This document shows, piece by piece, positions 39,933 to 49,946 of a stretch of DNA of 64,000 nucleotides. The stretch is from the NCBI GenBank assembly GCA_958295715.1, contig OY282371.1, forward strand, positions 1,406,267 to 1,470,266, given 5' to 3'. The notes beneath the pieces were generated by a model that was not told where the DNA came from, made no database searches, and saw only the letters and a program-made list of their open reading frames with translations. Every line of letters starts with the position of its first letter. Positions within the stretch are counted from its first letter, which is position 1. The stretch is from an uncultured Dehalococcoidia bacterium (GTDB lineage: Bacteria > Chloroflexota > Dehalococcoidia > Lucifugimonadales > GCA-2712585). The translations under genes and the position numbers were made by a program.

Positions 39933-41024
39933 TTAGCTCCTCGTTTCAGGATACCCCTTCACCAGCAGGTCCCGCCCTATGCGCTCGACCTGGACCCGCT
40001 CCAGGGCCACCGTCGCCGGCAGATGCGCCGCGCCGCGACCCTCCACAGGCGATGGCGCGTCTCTGCCTCCTATGATAACAGGGGCGATGAAGGCCAGGGC
40101 CCTATCCACGAGGCCATGGTCGAAGAGGGAACCAAGCAGGGCGCCGCCGCCCTCCGCCAGGAGACTGACCACGCCCCGCCCGCCCAACTCTCGCAGCAGC
40201 GACTCCAGGTCCACGCAGCCGTCCCTCTGTGGGAGCGACAAGACCTTTGCCCCGGCCTTTTCCAGCCGCTCCGACGCCTGCCGGGAGGCCCCGGCGGTGG
40301 CGATGAGGGTCTTTCCCGGCTCCGATAGCATCTTGGCGGTGGAGGGAGTCCGGCCCTCGCTGTCCACCACCACCCTCAGAGGCTGGCGCGCGGCGGCCCG
40401 CCCGTCGTCGCCCCGGGCCGTAAGCCTGGGGTCGTCCCTGAGGGCCGTGTTGATGCCCACCATCACGGCGTCCGAGGCCCTGCGCCATTGATGGGCCACG
40501 CCCCGGGCCGCCTCGCCGGTTATCCACTGGGAATGCCCCGTCCGCGTGGCTATCTTGCCGTCCAGACTGACGGCGAACTTCGCGGTGACGAAGGGAATGC
40601 CCTTGTTGACGTGCTTGGCGAAGGGCGCGTACAACTCCTTGGCCTCCTCCCCCCCCTCACCCAACCGCGTCTCGACGCCCGCCGCTCGCAGGGCCGCCAT
40701 GCCCCTGCCCATAACCCGGGGGTTGGGGTCGATGGCGGCCACCCGCGCCTCCCGGACCCCCGCCGCGATGATGGCCTCGACGCAAGGCGGGGTTAGCCCG
40801 TGGACGCAGCACGGCTCCAGGGTCACGTAGAGGGTGGAACCCCGGGTCTCCTCGCCGGCCTGTCGCAGGGCCACTATCTCGGCGTGGTCCTGTCCCGGCG
40901 GCTGGGTGGCCCCCTCGCCCGCGACACGCCCGTCCTTCACCACCACCGCTCCCACGGGAGGATTGGGACTGGTTCCACCCTCAACCTCCCTGGCGAGGGC
41001 CAAGGCGTGACTCATGGGATTCAT
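39933..41024 (-). CDS. ribD: Riboflavin deaminase/reductase
   Basis: PNPPVG, HAE, TLEPC....TPPC, SLDGKIA, EGG. Confidence 0.95.
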   Translation of the reverse strand: MNPMSHALALAREVEGGTSPNPPVGAVVVKDGRVAGEGATQPPGQDHAEIVALRQAGEETRGSTLYVTLEPCCVHGLTPPCVEAIIAAGVREARVAAIDPNPRVMGRGMAALRAAGVETRLGEGGEEAKELYAPFAKHVNKGIPFVTAKFAVSLDGKIATRTGHSQWITGEAARGVAHQWRRASDAVMVGINTALRDDPRLTARGDDGRAAARQPLRVVVDSEGRTPSTAKMLSEPGKTLIATAGASRQASERLEKAGAKVLSLPQRDGCVDLESLLRELGGRGVVSLLAEGGGALLGSLFDHGLVDRALAFIAPVIIGGRDAPSPVEGRGAAHLPATVALERVQVERIGRDLLVKGYPETRS

Positions 41025-41585
41025 CTAAAAGTTCTTGTAGTAGCGGCTCGCCGTCGGCCCCGTTTGGCCCTGGTACTTGCTCCCCAACGAGGTTGACCCG
41101 TAGAGCCGCTCTGCCGGGGTGGTCAGGTTGAGGAAGGATATCTGCCCGATTTTCATGCCCCGGTACAGGACTATGGGGAGCCGCGCAATGTTGGTCAACT
41201 CCAGGGTCAGGCGTCCCTTCCACCCGGGGTCGACGTAGCCCGCCGTGGAGTGAATGACCAGCCCCACCCTGCCCAGGGAGCTCTTCCCCTCCAGCCGGGC
41301 CACCAGGTCGTCTGGCACCTCGATATGCTCCACCGTGCCGGCCAGCACAAACTCGCCGGGATGCAGCGTCAACCCGCCGTCCTCCTCTATCTCCACCAAC
41401 TCCGTCAGGTCGTCGGTCCGGTCCCGCAGGTCGATGTAGGGCCTCCGGGCGTTGCGGAACACCAGGACTCGGTGGTCGAGGCGCACGTCCACGCTGGCGG
41501 GCTGAATGTCCTGCTCGTCCAGGGGGTCAATGACGATGCGCCCCTTGGAAATCTGCTCCTTGATGGTCCGGTCGCTCAGAACCAC
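41025..41585 (-). CDS. dcd: dCTP deaminase
   Basis: VLSDRTI, IQPASVD, EGKSSLGR, AGYVDPG, SKYQGQ; GTG start at 41585. Confidence 0.94.
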   Translation of the reverse strand: MVLSDRTIKEQISKGRIVIDPLDEQDIQPASVDVRLDHRVLVFRNARRPYIDLRDRTDDLTELVEIEEDGGLTLHPGEFVLAGTVEHIEVPDDLVARLEGKSSLGRVGLVIHSTAGYVDPGWKGRLTLELTNIARLPIVLYRGMKIGQISFLNLTTPAERLYGSTSLGSKYQGQTGPTASRYYKNF

Positions 41586-41914
41586 CGCGTCTCCCTCCGT
41601 AACCCGTGATACGGCTTCAGGGGCCGGACGCCGCCCCCCCCCCCCCCCCCGCTCCACTCCCCCGACCGGCGACTGCCCCAAAGCGTTCTAGAGATTGTAT
41701 CAGCAGCCCCCCGCCGCCACAACACGGCCCCCGGCCCCGCGGCGTTGCCCTCTCCTACTCCTTTCCCATCACTCCTGCCTTCTGTTCGTCATTCCCCCTC
41801 CCCCCTCGTCGCGCCGGGCCAACCGCACTAGGGCGCGCCCACCCATATGACACCCGCCGGTAGGTCAGAGCCGAGGCGTGGTCTATGGGGTCTGTTCTAC
41901 GACGTGGCCTTCCT

Positions 41915-42010
41915 GGATTCCCGCCTACGCGGGAATGACGGAAGGGAGGGGGCGGGAATGCGGAGGGGTGGGGGCGGGAATGACGGAGGGGAGGGGGCGG
42001 GAATGCGGAG
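41915..42010. repeat. REP copy with GGCGGGAATG half-sites
   Basis: GGATTCCCGCCTACGCGGGAATGACG followed by partial repeats. Confidence 0.8.
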
Positions 42011-42155
42011 GGGAGAGGGGGGATGGTGGCGTGGCAGGGACGACGGCGGGGCAAGGGGAACAGCGGCGGGAGGGGAGGGGGCTGGCGGCGTGGCTTGGGG
42101 GATGGATGGCATGTATAGTAGTGTGCTGCCACGGAACGCCGGATGGACGGAGGCC

Positions 42156-43031
42156 ATGGGAGAGTTGACCCCCCTAATAGCCCTGGGGCTGGTGGCTTTG
42201 GGCATTGGAGCCAGCAGCTACGGCGTCCTCATCGGCTCCGGCGGCGGGTTCATCGTCGCGCCGCTGCTCATCATCCTATTCGGGGTGGACTACAACGTCG
42301 CGGTGGGAACGAGTCTGTTCACTGTGGCCCTGGCCTCCATCTCCGGCTCCGTGTCGTATCTGTACCTCCGGCGGGTGGACCTGCGGTCGGGGCTGCTGTT
42401 CAGCGCGGCGGCCGTCCCGGGGGCCGTGCTGGGCATCTTCGGGCTGAAGCTGGTGGCGGAGGGTTCCTTCGAGATACTCTTCGGGGCCTTCCTGTCGCTG
42501 CTGGGCTTCTACGTGGCCTTCCGTCCTGAGAGCGCGCGAAAGGGCATTGTGAAGACGACTCATAAGGAGGAGGGCGGCCACAGGTTCTCGGCGCCCAGGC
42601 GGTTCCAGGCCTTTGGAGTCACCAGACGAAGGATTTACACGTCGGACGTGGGCACCTACCGGTACCAGTACAACGAGCCGGGGGCGGTGGCCACCAACGG
42701 GTTGTTCGGGTTCCTATCCAGCTTCTTCGGCATGGGCGGCGGCCCCATACGCACGCCCACGCTGGTCTACCTGTTCCGGTTCCCGGTGCTGGTGGCCACC
42801 GCCACGTCGGTGTTCACCCAGGCCATCTACACCACCATCGGGACGGCGGGCCACCTGATAGACGGCAACGTAGACATAGTCAGGGCCCTGCTGGTGGGCG
42901 TGGGCGTCGTGGCCGGGGCCCAGGTTGGAGTGCATCTGTCGGGACTGTTCAGAAGCGCCTGGATCATGCGGCTGCTGTCCCTGGGCCTTCTGGGGATAGG
43001 AATCCAGCTAATACTGAAGGGCGCGTTCTAG
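42156..43031 (+). CDS. TauE/SafE (TSUP) sulfite exporter family protein
   Basis: G.LIGSGGGF..AP, AVGTSL, FFGMGGG...P, ATATS; GGAGG before ATG at 42156. Confidence 0.87.
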   Translation: MGELTPLIALGLVALGIGASSYGVLIGSGGGFIVAPLLIILFGVDYNVAVGTSLFTVALASISGSVSYLYLRRVDLRSGLLFSAAAVPGAVLGIFGLKLVAEGSFEILFGAFLSLLGFYVAFRPESARKGIVKTTHKEEGGHRFSAPRRFQAFGVTRRRIYTSDVGTYRYQYNEPGAVATNGLFGFLSSFFGMGGGPIRTPTLVYLFRFPVLVATATSVFTQAIYTTIGTAGHLIDGNVDIVRALLVGVGVVAGAQVGVHLSGLFRSAWIMRLLSLGLLGIGIQLILKGAF

Positions 43032-43110
43032 GATGGACGGCAGGAGTTCCTGAACAGGGGCTAACCCGCCAGCGAGGCGGCAAGGGCGTTCAGTAAGACG
43101 CGGGTCGAGG

Positions 43111-43386
43111 TTAGCCGCCGGCGACGGCGGGAACGATGCTTATCTCGTCGCCGGACTGGGTGGAGGTGTCCACCCCCTGGAGAAACCGGACGTCCTCACC
43201 GTTGAGGTAGATGTTGACGAAGTAACGCAGCCCTCCGGCTTCATCCAGCAGACGCTCCTTGAATCCGGGGTAGTCGGCCTCCATGCGCTCGATGAACTCG
43301 GCGATGGTTGAGGCGTCTACCTCCACCTTGTCCTGATTGTTGGTCAGGCGCCTTAGGGGGGTGGGGACTCGCACAAGAACTGCCAT
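43111..43386 (-). CDS. MoaD/ThiS/CysO-like ubiquitin-fold sulfur carrier
   Basis: VRVPTPLR, FVNIYLNGEDVR, C-terminal PAVAGG. Confidence 0.92.
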   Translation of the reverse strand: MAVLVRVPTPLRRLTNNQDKVEVDASTIAEFIERMEADYPGFKERLLDEAGGLRYFVNIYLNGEDVRFLQGVDTSTQSGDEISIVPAVAGG

Positions 43387-43437
43387 GGGACGGTTACCTC
43401 CTTGAATGAACGGGCTTGAATGAACGGGATGCGTGAA

Positions 43438-43680
43438 TCAGCCTTCTATAACGTCTCCTGAGATGGGGTCCACCCTAACGCCTACGGACTTCACCCAGGC
43501 GACGCCCTGCCGGATCTCCTGGTCGTCGCCTTCCAACTCCAGGATGACCCAACCCATCTCCTCGCGAACGTCGGCGCGCCGGATGTTGGTCACGAGGTTG
43601 AACCTCTGGCCGAGGTTGTAGATGATGGGCTGGGGAACCAGCGCGGCGGGAAAGGTGAACTTGACCCTCTGATTAGCCAT
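43438..43680 (-). CDS. NIL domain protein
   Basis: FP..LV.QPIIY, TNIRRADV...GWVILELEG; ATG at 43680. Confidence 0.85.
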   Translation of the reverse strand: MANQRVKFTFPAALVPQPIIYNLGQRFNLVTNIRRADVREEMGWVILELEGDDQEIRQGVAWVKSVGVRVDPISGDVIEG

Positions 43681-43685
43681 ATCGT

Positions 43686-44930
43686 TTACCTCGCCGAGGG
43701 TGAAAGGCCGTGGAGGGCCTCTTCGAACTCTCTCATGTTGGGCCTGATGGCGAGGGGATGGACCACGTCTCCCACCACCTCCTGAGTCTTTAGGCCGTTG
43801 CCGGTGATGTAGGCCACGGTCAACTCGTCCCTGCCGATGGCCCCCCTCTCCGTCAACCCCTTCAGGGCCGATATTACCACACCGCCCGCCGTTTCGGTAA
43901 ATATGCCCTCGGTTTCGGCAAGGAGCTTCATGCCCTGGGCCACCTCTTCTTCGTGGACGCCGTGGGCGCCGCCGCCGGAACTCGTCATGGCCCGAATGGC
44001 GTAGATGCCGTCGGCCGGGTTGCCGATGGCCAGGGACTTGGCCACGGAGTTGGGGCGCACGGGCATGACCATCTCCTCGCCGGCGTTGAAGGCGTCCACC
44101 ACCGGGGAGCAGCCTCGGGCCTGGGCGGCGTGCATCCGGGTGGGAACGGGGCCTTCCATCAGCCCAACGGAGACCATCTCGTTGAACCCCTTCCATATCT
44201 TGGAGAGCAGGGCGCCGGAGGCGACGGGGACGATGGCGTGGTCGGGGAAGCGCCAGCCCAGCTGCTCGGCGACCTCCAAGCCCAAGGTCTTGCTGCCCTC
44301 GGCGTAGAAGGGGCGCATGTTTATGTTAACGAAGGCCCACCGGTAGCTGTCGGCTATCTCGCTGCAAAGGCGGTTCACCTCGTCGTAGCCGCCCTGAACG
44401 GCGACGAGGGTGGAGCCGTAAATGGCGGCGCCGATTATCTTGCCGGCCTCCAGGTCCGCCGGCATGAAGACCACGGACCGCATACCCGCGCGGGCGGCGT
44501 GGGCCCCAACGGCGCAGGCCAGGTTGCCGGTGGAGGCGCAGCTGAGGGTGTCGAAGCCGAACTCCAGGGCCTTGGTGGCCGCCACGGATACGACCCTGTC
44601 TTTGAAGGAAAATGAGGGGTTTACGCTGTCGTTCTTCAGGTAGAGGTTATCCAGGCCCAGAACTCTGCCAAGGTTGTTGGCCTTGATTAGGGGGGTGAAG
44701 CCCGCGTGGATGTCTATGGCGTTCTCGGCGTCCACGGGGAGAAGGTCCCGGTAGCGCCATATGGTGAGGGGGCCGTTGGCGATGCGGCGGCGGCTGGTCG
44801 CTCTGGCGATGGCCTCGTAGTCGTAGGCCGTCTCCAAGGGGCCAAAGCAGAAGTCGCAGACGTTCAGAGGCTCAACGGGATATTCCCGAGCGCATTCTCT
44901 GCATCGTAGGCACGTTACGAAAGGCGCCAT
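43686..44930 (-). CDS. thrC: Threonine synthase-like PLP enzyme
   Basis: N-terminal CxxC pairs, NPSFSFKDR, ASTGNLA, EGSKT, TGNGLK. Confidence 0.85.
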   Translation of the reverse strand: MAPFVTCLRCRECAREYPVEPLNVCDFCFGPLETAYDYEAIARATSRRRIANGPLTIWRYRDLLPVDAENAIDIHAGFTPLIKANNLGRVLGLDNLYLKNDSVNPSFSFKDRVVSVAATKALEFGFDTLSCASTGNLACAVGAHAARAGMRSVVFMPADLEAGKIIGAAIYGSTLVAVQGGYDEVNRLCSEIADSYRWAFVNINMRPFYAEGSKTLGLEVAEQLGWRFPDHAIVPVASGALLSKIWKGFNEMVSVGLMEGPVPTRMHAAQARGCSPVVDAFNAGEEMVMPVRPNSVAKSLAIGNPADGIYAIRAMTSSGGGAHGVHEEEVAQGMKLLAETEGIFTETAGGVVISALKGLTERGAIGRDELTVAYITGNGLKTQEVVGDVVHPLAIRPNMREFEEALHGLSPSAR

Positions 44931-44998
44931 GAGCGCTCCTTAATCGCAAGTAAAAGGGGACTGGCGCTCAACGGCGCAGCCCCTAGTTTGGATTGAGG

Positions 44999-45027
44999 AT
45001 GTTAACAGGGGGATGGCGGCGTGTCAA
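44999..45027 (-). promoter_or_regulatory. Sigma70-type promoter of thrC-NIL-moaD
   Basis: TTGACA-17-TAACAT on minus strand. Confidence 0.65.
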
Positions 45028-45204
45028 CGCGGGAAGCCGCGCGGGGCCGCGCGGTGGCTCTGCGGTCACAACGCTTTGACAGGCGCAAGGGGCAAAATAA
45101 AACAAGAGGACCAGTTGTGATTCCTCCTGGGAATCACCATCTGGCCCTTCATGTCCAACATAGCTGATGTCGCTTCTTTTGTCAAATCTCTGCGTGGTGG
45201 CGCT

Positions 45205-45241
45205 ATGCCAAAGCCCCCGACCGGGTCGGGGGCTTTGCGCC
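45205..45241. terminator. Hairpin downstream of hsp20
   Basis: CAAAGCCCCCGAC...GTCGGGGGCTTTG inverted repeat. Confidence 0.65.
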
Positions 45242-45286
45242 GTTCAGAGGCGGGGCCGGTTCATTGCCGCCGGGCTTAAGGCTCGG

Positions 45287-45730
45287 CTACGCCTTTATCT
45301 GAATCTTTTGGGCCTTGGCCTCCGGGGCCTTGGGGATGGTGACGGTCAGAATGCCGTCCTGGAAGGCGGCCTCCGCCTTGTGGGCGTCCAGGCCCTTGGG
45401 CAGGGCCACGGAGCGGTGGAAGGAGCCGAAGAGGCCCCATCTAGCCGTCATGCCGCTCTTCTCCCCCTCCTCCTTCTCCTTGACCTCGCCCTTGAGAACC
45501 AGGGCGCCGTCGACAACGGTCAGGTCCACGTCCTCGGCCCGGAAGCCGGGGATAACGACCCGCACCACAAAGGCGTCGTCGGTGAAGAAGGCGTCGGTGG
45601 GAACGAGGCGGCCCCCGTGACGAAGGCCGTACAGGGCGCTAAGGGGCAGAAGGTGAAGGGGCCACGCGCGGGCCGTCGCCTCACCCATTCTTCCCCGGTG
45701 TCCAAAGGGGTCCCAACGCTGAATCGCCAT
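45287..45730 (-). CDS. Small heat shock protein Hsp20
   Basis: RWDPF, IPGF..EDVDL, FGSFHRSVALP, A.FQDGILTVTIPK. Confidence 0.9.
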   Translation of the reverse strand: MAIQRWDPFGHRGRMGEATARAWPLHLLPLSALYGLRHGGRLVPTDAFFTDDAFVVRVVIPGFRAEDVDLTVVDGALVLKGEVKEKEEGEKSGMTARWGLFGSFHRSVALPKGLDAHKAEAAFQDGILTVTIPKAPEAKAQKIQIKA

Positions 45731-45803
45731 ATCTAATACCTCCTGTTTTCTGTTTTTCGCCGGGTGAAGCCTCGCGGTGGAGTCTCCATTCCTGACATTT
45801 AGA

Positions 45804-45836
45804 ATTATACATAGTTGAGTTTATATTGTCAACTAT
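45804..45836 (-). promoter_or_regulatory. hsp20 promoter overlapped by HAIR-like (HspR) inverted repeat
   Basis: Perfect TTGACA-17-TATAAT (45832-45804); ATAGTTGA-N10-TCAACTAT at 45811-45836. Confidence 0.75.
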
Positions 45837-45884
45837 CATTATAATACTGCCAGCATGTTACATTATAAGAATACGCTAATTTAC

Positions 45885-45913
45885 TTGACATCTAACCCTG
45901 TTCCACCTACAAT
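45885..45913 (+). promoter_or_regulatory. Promoter of dnaJ-like/hspR/clp operon
   Basis: TTGACA-17-TACAAT. Confidence 0.75.
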
Positions 45914-45955
45914 AACTATACCAGTTATCCCATCAGCAAGGCCGCGGGCAGCGTC

Positions 45956-46831
45956 ATGGCAAACTACTACGACATACTGGGCGTTGGAAGGGGGGCCTCG
46001 GAGGCGGACGTCAGGAAGGCCTACCGCCGGCTTGCGCGCGAGCATCATCCGGACGTCAACCCCAACGACAAGGAGGCCGAGGAGCGGTTCAAGGAGATAA
46101 ACGAGGCCTATCAGGTATTGTCGGACCCAGAGAGCCGCAAGAAGTACGACGCCTACGGCGAGAACTGGCGGCAGGCCCAGCGCATGGAGGAGGCCCGCGG
46201 CCCCCACAACCCCTTCTCCCGGTTCTCGTGGGATGGCGGCCCGTCCTTCTTCGGCGGGGCCTCGGCGGACATCTTCGAAGGGCTGTTCAACCGCCGGCGC
46301 AACGGCTCCGCCAGGACTACGATAGAGCGGCAGACCACGTTGACGCTGGAGGAGGCGTATTGGGGCGCGACCCGTCGTGTCTCGGTCCCGGGAGGCGCCG
46401 GCGAGGCGAGGGAGCGGCTGCTGGACGTGAAGATTCCCGCCGGGGTGGACAACGGTTCCCGCGTCAACGTGGTCTACGACAAGGAGGGCCGGCAGAGCGT
46501 CAGCCTGCGCGTCCGGGTCCAGCCCCATCCCCGCTTCCGGCGGGAGGGCGGCGACCTGCGAACGGAGGTGGAGGCCCCGGTGCTGGACATGGTGGTGGGC
46601 GGGGAGATCCCGGTGGACGCCATCAAGGGCAAGGTGGACCTGAAAATCCCGCCGGAGACCCAGAACGGCCAGACCTTCCGACTGGCGGGTCTGGGGATGC
46701 CGCGGCTGAACAGCCCCGGCGTCTACGGCGACCTCTACGTGAAGGTTAAGGTCAAGGTGCCCAAGGGCCTCAGCGACAGGGAGCGCGAGCTCTTTCAGCA
46801 GCTGAAGGACCTGGGCGCGGTGAGGAGATAG
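45956..46831 (+). CDS. DnaJ-class (CbpA-like) co-chaperone without Zn finger
   Basis: [30 protein letters not shown]. Confidence 0.92.
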   Translation: MANYYDILGVGRGASEADVRKAYRRLAREHHPDVNPNDKEAEERFKEINEAYQVLSDPESRKKYDAYGENWRQAQRMEEARGPHNPFSRFSWDGGPSFFGGASADIFEGLFNRRRNGSARTTIERQTTLTLEEAYWGATRRVSVPGGAGEARERLLDVKIPAGVDNGSRVNVVYDKEGRQSVSLRVRVQPHPRFRREGGDLRTEVEAPVLDMVVGGEIPVDAIKGKVDLKIPPETQNGQTFRLAGLGMPRLNSPGVYGDLYVKVKVKVPKGLSDRERELFQQLKDLGAVRR

Positions 46832-46834
46832 CCA

Positions 46835-47191
46835 ATGGTTTTCGGCCAACACTCCAATACGGAGCCGTGCTACGTCATCAGCATAGCGGCTCGAATGGTG
46901 GGGCTGCACGCCCAAACCCTCCGGTACTACGAACGGGTGGGGCTGCTTTCCCCCTCCCGGTCCCTGGGGCGGCAGCGGCTCTACTCGGCGGTGGACGTCG
47001 AAAGGCTGCGCCGCATCAAGACCCTAACGGAGGAGATGGGCGTGAACCTGGCAGGCGCGGAGGTGGCCCTCCGGCTCATGGAGCAGATGAAGGGGATGCA
47101 GCGGGAAATAGACCGGCTGAAGGGCGAGGTCAGCCGGCTCCGGTTCCAAGACTCACGGGACGGTAAAAACTCCGAAAGGCGGGCAGGATGA
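46835..47191 (+). CDS. hspR: MerR family heat-shock repressor
   Basis: YVISIAARMVGLHAQTLRYYER, GVNLAG; between J-protein and Clp ATPase. Confidence 0.85.
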   Translation: MVFGQHSNTEPCYVISIAARMVGLHAQTLRYYERVGLLSPSRSLGRQRLYSAVDVERLRRIKTLTEEMGVNLAGAEVALRLMEQMKGMQREIDRLKGEVSRLRFQDSRDGKNSERRAG

Positions 47192-49677
47192 TGCAACGAG
47201 GCCCTGAGCGATTCACGGAACAGGCGCGCCTGGCCCTGTCCAACTCCCAAGACATCCTGCGCCAGTACAAGCACAGCCAGTGGGACGTGGAGCACATCTT
47301 GTTGGCCCTTCTGCGGCAGGAGGACGGCCTGGCGGAGCAGATACTGAAGCGGTTGGACGTGTCGATGCCGGACCTGAAGGCCCAGGTGGAACGGGCCTTG
47401 GGCCAGTCGCCCAAGAGCGCCAATCCGGTGAGCCAGGTCTACAACACGCCCCGGTCGGCCAAGCTGCTGAAGAACGCCGAGGCCGAGGCCGGGCGCATGA
47501 AGGACGAGTTCATCGGCGTGGAGCATCTGCTGATTGCCGCCGCCATGGTGGAGGACGGCGCCGGGGCCGCGGCCCTGAAGGGCGCGGGCGTTACCCTGGA
47601 GCGGATTTACAAGGCGTTGGCCGAGATAAGAGGCCCCCACCGCGTCACCGACGCCCGGGCCGAGAGCAAGTACGGCTCTCTGAAGCGGTACAGCATCGAC
47701 CTGACGGAGTTGGCCCTCCAGGGGAAGCTGGACCCGGTCGTGTGCAGAGACGAGGAGATCCGGCGGGTGATGCAGACGCTGATTCGCCGCAAGAAGAACA
47801 ACCCGGTGGTCATCGGGGAGGCCGGCGTGGGCAAGACGGCCATCGCCGAGGGGCTGGCCCAGAGAATCGCGGCCGGAGACGTGCCCAACACGCTGAAGAA
47901 CCGCCGGGTGATGGCCCTGGACATGGGCGCGCTGGTGGCGGGCAGCAAGTTCCGCGGCGAGTTCGAGGAGCGCGTCAAGGCGGTGATAGACGAGGTGAAG
48001 GCGGCCAAGGGCGAGGTGTTCCTCTTTATCGACGAGATTCACACCATGGTGGGGGCCGGCGGCGCCGAGGGGGCCATCGACGCCAGCAACCTCCTGAAGC
48101 CGGCCCTCGCCAGAGGTGAGATGCAGACCATCGGGGCAACGACGGTCAGCGAGTACCGCAGGCACATTGAGAAGGACTCGGCCCTAGAGCGGCGGTTCCA
48201 GCCCATCTATCTGGAGGAGCCGTCCCTGGATGAGACCGTTGAGATACTGAACGCCCTGAAGCCTCGCTATGAGATACACCACAAGGTGACCATAGACAGT
48301 TCGGCCCTGAAGGCGGCGGCCAGTCTGAGTCACCGCTACCTGACGGACCGGCACCTGCCCGACAAGGCGGTGGACCTGCTCGACGAGGCCGCCAGCAAGC
48401 TGCGGCTGGACGCCGAAAGCCTCCCCGCAAGGCTCAAGGAGAAGGAGGGACGGCTTCTGGAACTGGGCGACATAGAGGAGGCCGCGGCCCAGCGAGGGGA
48501 CTATGAGCGGGCCGCGCAGATAAAGACGGAGAAGCTGCGCATCGAGCAGGAGTACGAGGCGGAGCGCAACGAGTGGTTCAAGGAGAAGCGTATCGACGCG
48601 GACATGCGGGTGGACGCCGAGGACATCGCCCAGCTGATTCACAGCTGGACCGGAATCCCGGTGGCCCGGCTGCTGGAGGGTGAGGCCGAGCGGCTCCTTC
48701 AGATGGAGGAGCGGCTACACCAGCGCATCGTGGGCCAGGATGAGGCCGTCAACGCCGTTTCCGAGGCCATACGCCGCTCCCGCTCCCGGCTCCAGGACCC
48801 GCGGAGGCCCATCGGCAGCTTCATATTCCTCGGGCCGACGGGGGTGGGAAAGACGGAGTTGGCCCGCGTCCTGGCCCAGTACCTGTTTGACGACGAGGAC
48901 GCCATGGTCCGGATGGACATGTCTGAGTACATGGAGCGGCACGCGGTGTCGCGGCTCATCGGCGCGCCGCCGGGCTACGTGGGCTACGAGGAGGGCGGCC
49001 AGCTGGCCGAGGCGGTGCGGAGCCGTCCCTTCCGGGTCGTCCTCTTCGACGAGATTGAGAAGGCCCATCCCGAGGTGTTCAACATCCTGCTCCAGATACT
49101 GGAGGACGGGCGGCTGACCGACGGCCAGGGCCGGACGGTGGACTTCCGCAACACGGTTATAATAATGACCAGCAACCTGGGCTCCAGAGAGGCGGGCCGG
49201 TCCCAGGTGGGGTTCCGCGCCTACGGGCGGGGCATCCTCGACGAGGAGCGGCTGAAGCGGTCCGTGGAGGCGGCCTTGAAGCAGGCCTTCCGCCCGGAGT
49301 TCCTGAATCGCATAGACGAGGTGATTGTCTTCAACGCCCTCACCCCGGCGCAGATTAAGGAAATCGTCACGTTAATGACCCAGGACATCCAGGAGCGGCT
49401 GGCGGAGCGCATGATAACCATTGAGATGACGGACGCCGCCCTCGATTGGCTGGTGCGGGAGGGGTACGACCCAGTGTACGGCGCCCGGCCCCTGCGCCGC
49501 GCCCTCCAGCGATACGTGGAGAACCCCATGTCCAAGAAGATCCTCGCCGGGGAGCTCAAGGAGGGCGACCACGTGACGGTGGTCCTGGAGGGGAACGCCC
49601 TGGCCTTCAGGGCCGGGGCGCCGGTGGCCGCCGCCGCCGTTCCCGCAAGCCCCGTGGGAGCCGAGGGGCAGGACTAA
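47188..49677 (+). CDS. clpC: Clp/Hsp100 ATPase, ClpC-type
   Basis: Clp-N repeats, GEAGVGKT and GPTGVGKT, short UVR-like middle domain (DYERAAQIK). Confidence 0.85.
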   Translation: MMQRGPERFTEQARLALSNSQDILRQYKHSQWDVEHILLALLRQEDGLAEQILKRLDVSMPDLKAQVERALGQSPKSANPVSQVYNTPRSAKLLKNAEAEAGRMKDEFIGVEHLLIAAAMVEDGAGAAALKGAGVTLERIYKALAEIRGPHRVTDARAESKYGSLKRYSIDLTELALQGKLDPVVCRDEEIRRVMQTLIRRKKNNPVVIGEAGVGKTAIAEGLAQRIAAGDVPNTLKNRRVMALDMGALVAGSKFRGEFEERVKAVIDEVKAAKGEVFLFIDEIHTMVGAGGAEGAIDASNLLKPALARGEMQTIGATTVSEYRRHIEKDSALERRFQPIYLEEPSLDETVEILNALKPRYEIHHKVTIDSSALKAAASLSHRYLTDRHLPDKAVDLLDEAASKLRLDAESLPARLKEKEGRLLELGDIEEAAAQRGDYERAAQIKTEKLRIEQEYEAERNEWFKEKRIDADMRVDAEDIAQLIHSWTGIPVARLLEGEAERLLQMEERLHQRIVGQDEAVNAVSEAIRRSRSRLQDPRRPIGSFIFLGPTGVGKTELARVLAQYLFDDEDAMVRMDMSEYMERHAVSRLIGAPPGYVGYEEGGQLAEAVRSRPFRVVLFDEIEKAHPEVFNILLQILEDGRLTDGQGRTVDFRNTVIIMTSNLGSREAGRSQVGFRAYGRGILDEERLKRSVEAALKQAFRPEFLNRIDEVIVFNALTPAQIKEIVTLMTQDIQERLAERMITIEMTDAALDWLVREGYDPVYGARPLRRALQRYVENPMSKKILAGELKEGDHVTVVLEGNALAFRAGAPVAAAAVPASPVGAEGQD

Positions 49678-49946
49678 AGCGACGCCGCGCGATGGATGAA
49701 GGGGCGGCCCTTTCCATTCACCCTGCCCGTCAAGGGGCCTTTGTCACACGCCGCCCCAGCCGGGGCGCTATTCATAAGCGGCGGGCTATATGGTATGCTT
49801 GCGGTTACAGGTGTTTCACAACTCTCATCACGTTTAGGCCCACAAGAGAGAACACGGCTTACTTAAGCGCAATTCTTTTCTTTTTTACGGAACCCTCTCT
49901 TCCGGGCCGGAAGGGGTGGACGAGAGAAGTGGCGGGTTACTAGAAA

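Noticed and set aside
41590..41760. FMN riboswitch before rib genes
   Set aside because: A CCCGACCGGCG-like word is on the wrong strand and other conserved segments are absent
43401..43428. Short tandem repeats (CTTGAATGAACGGG x2; also GGCTAGGGCC at 63846-63871 and TTGATAGG at 24670-24690)
   Set aside because: Two to three copies only, consistent with slippage; no functional evidence
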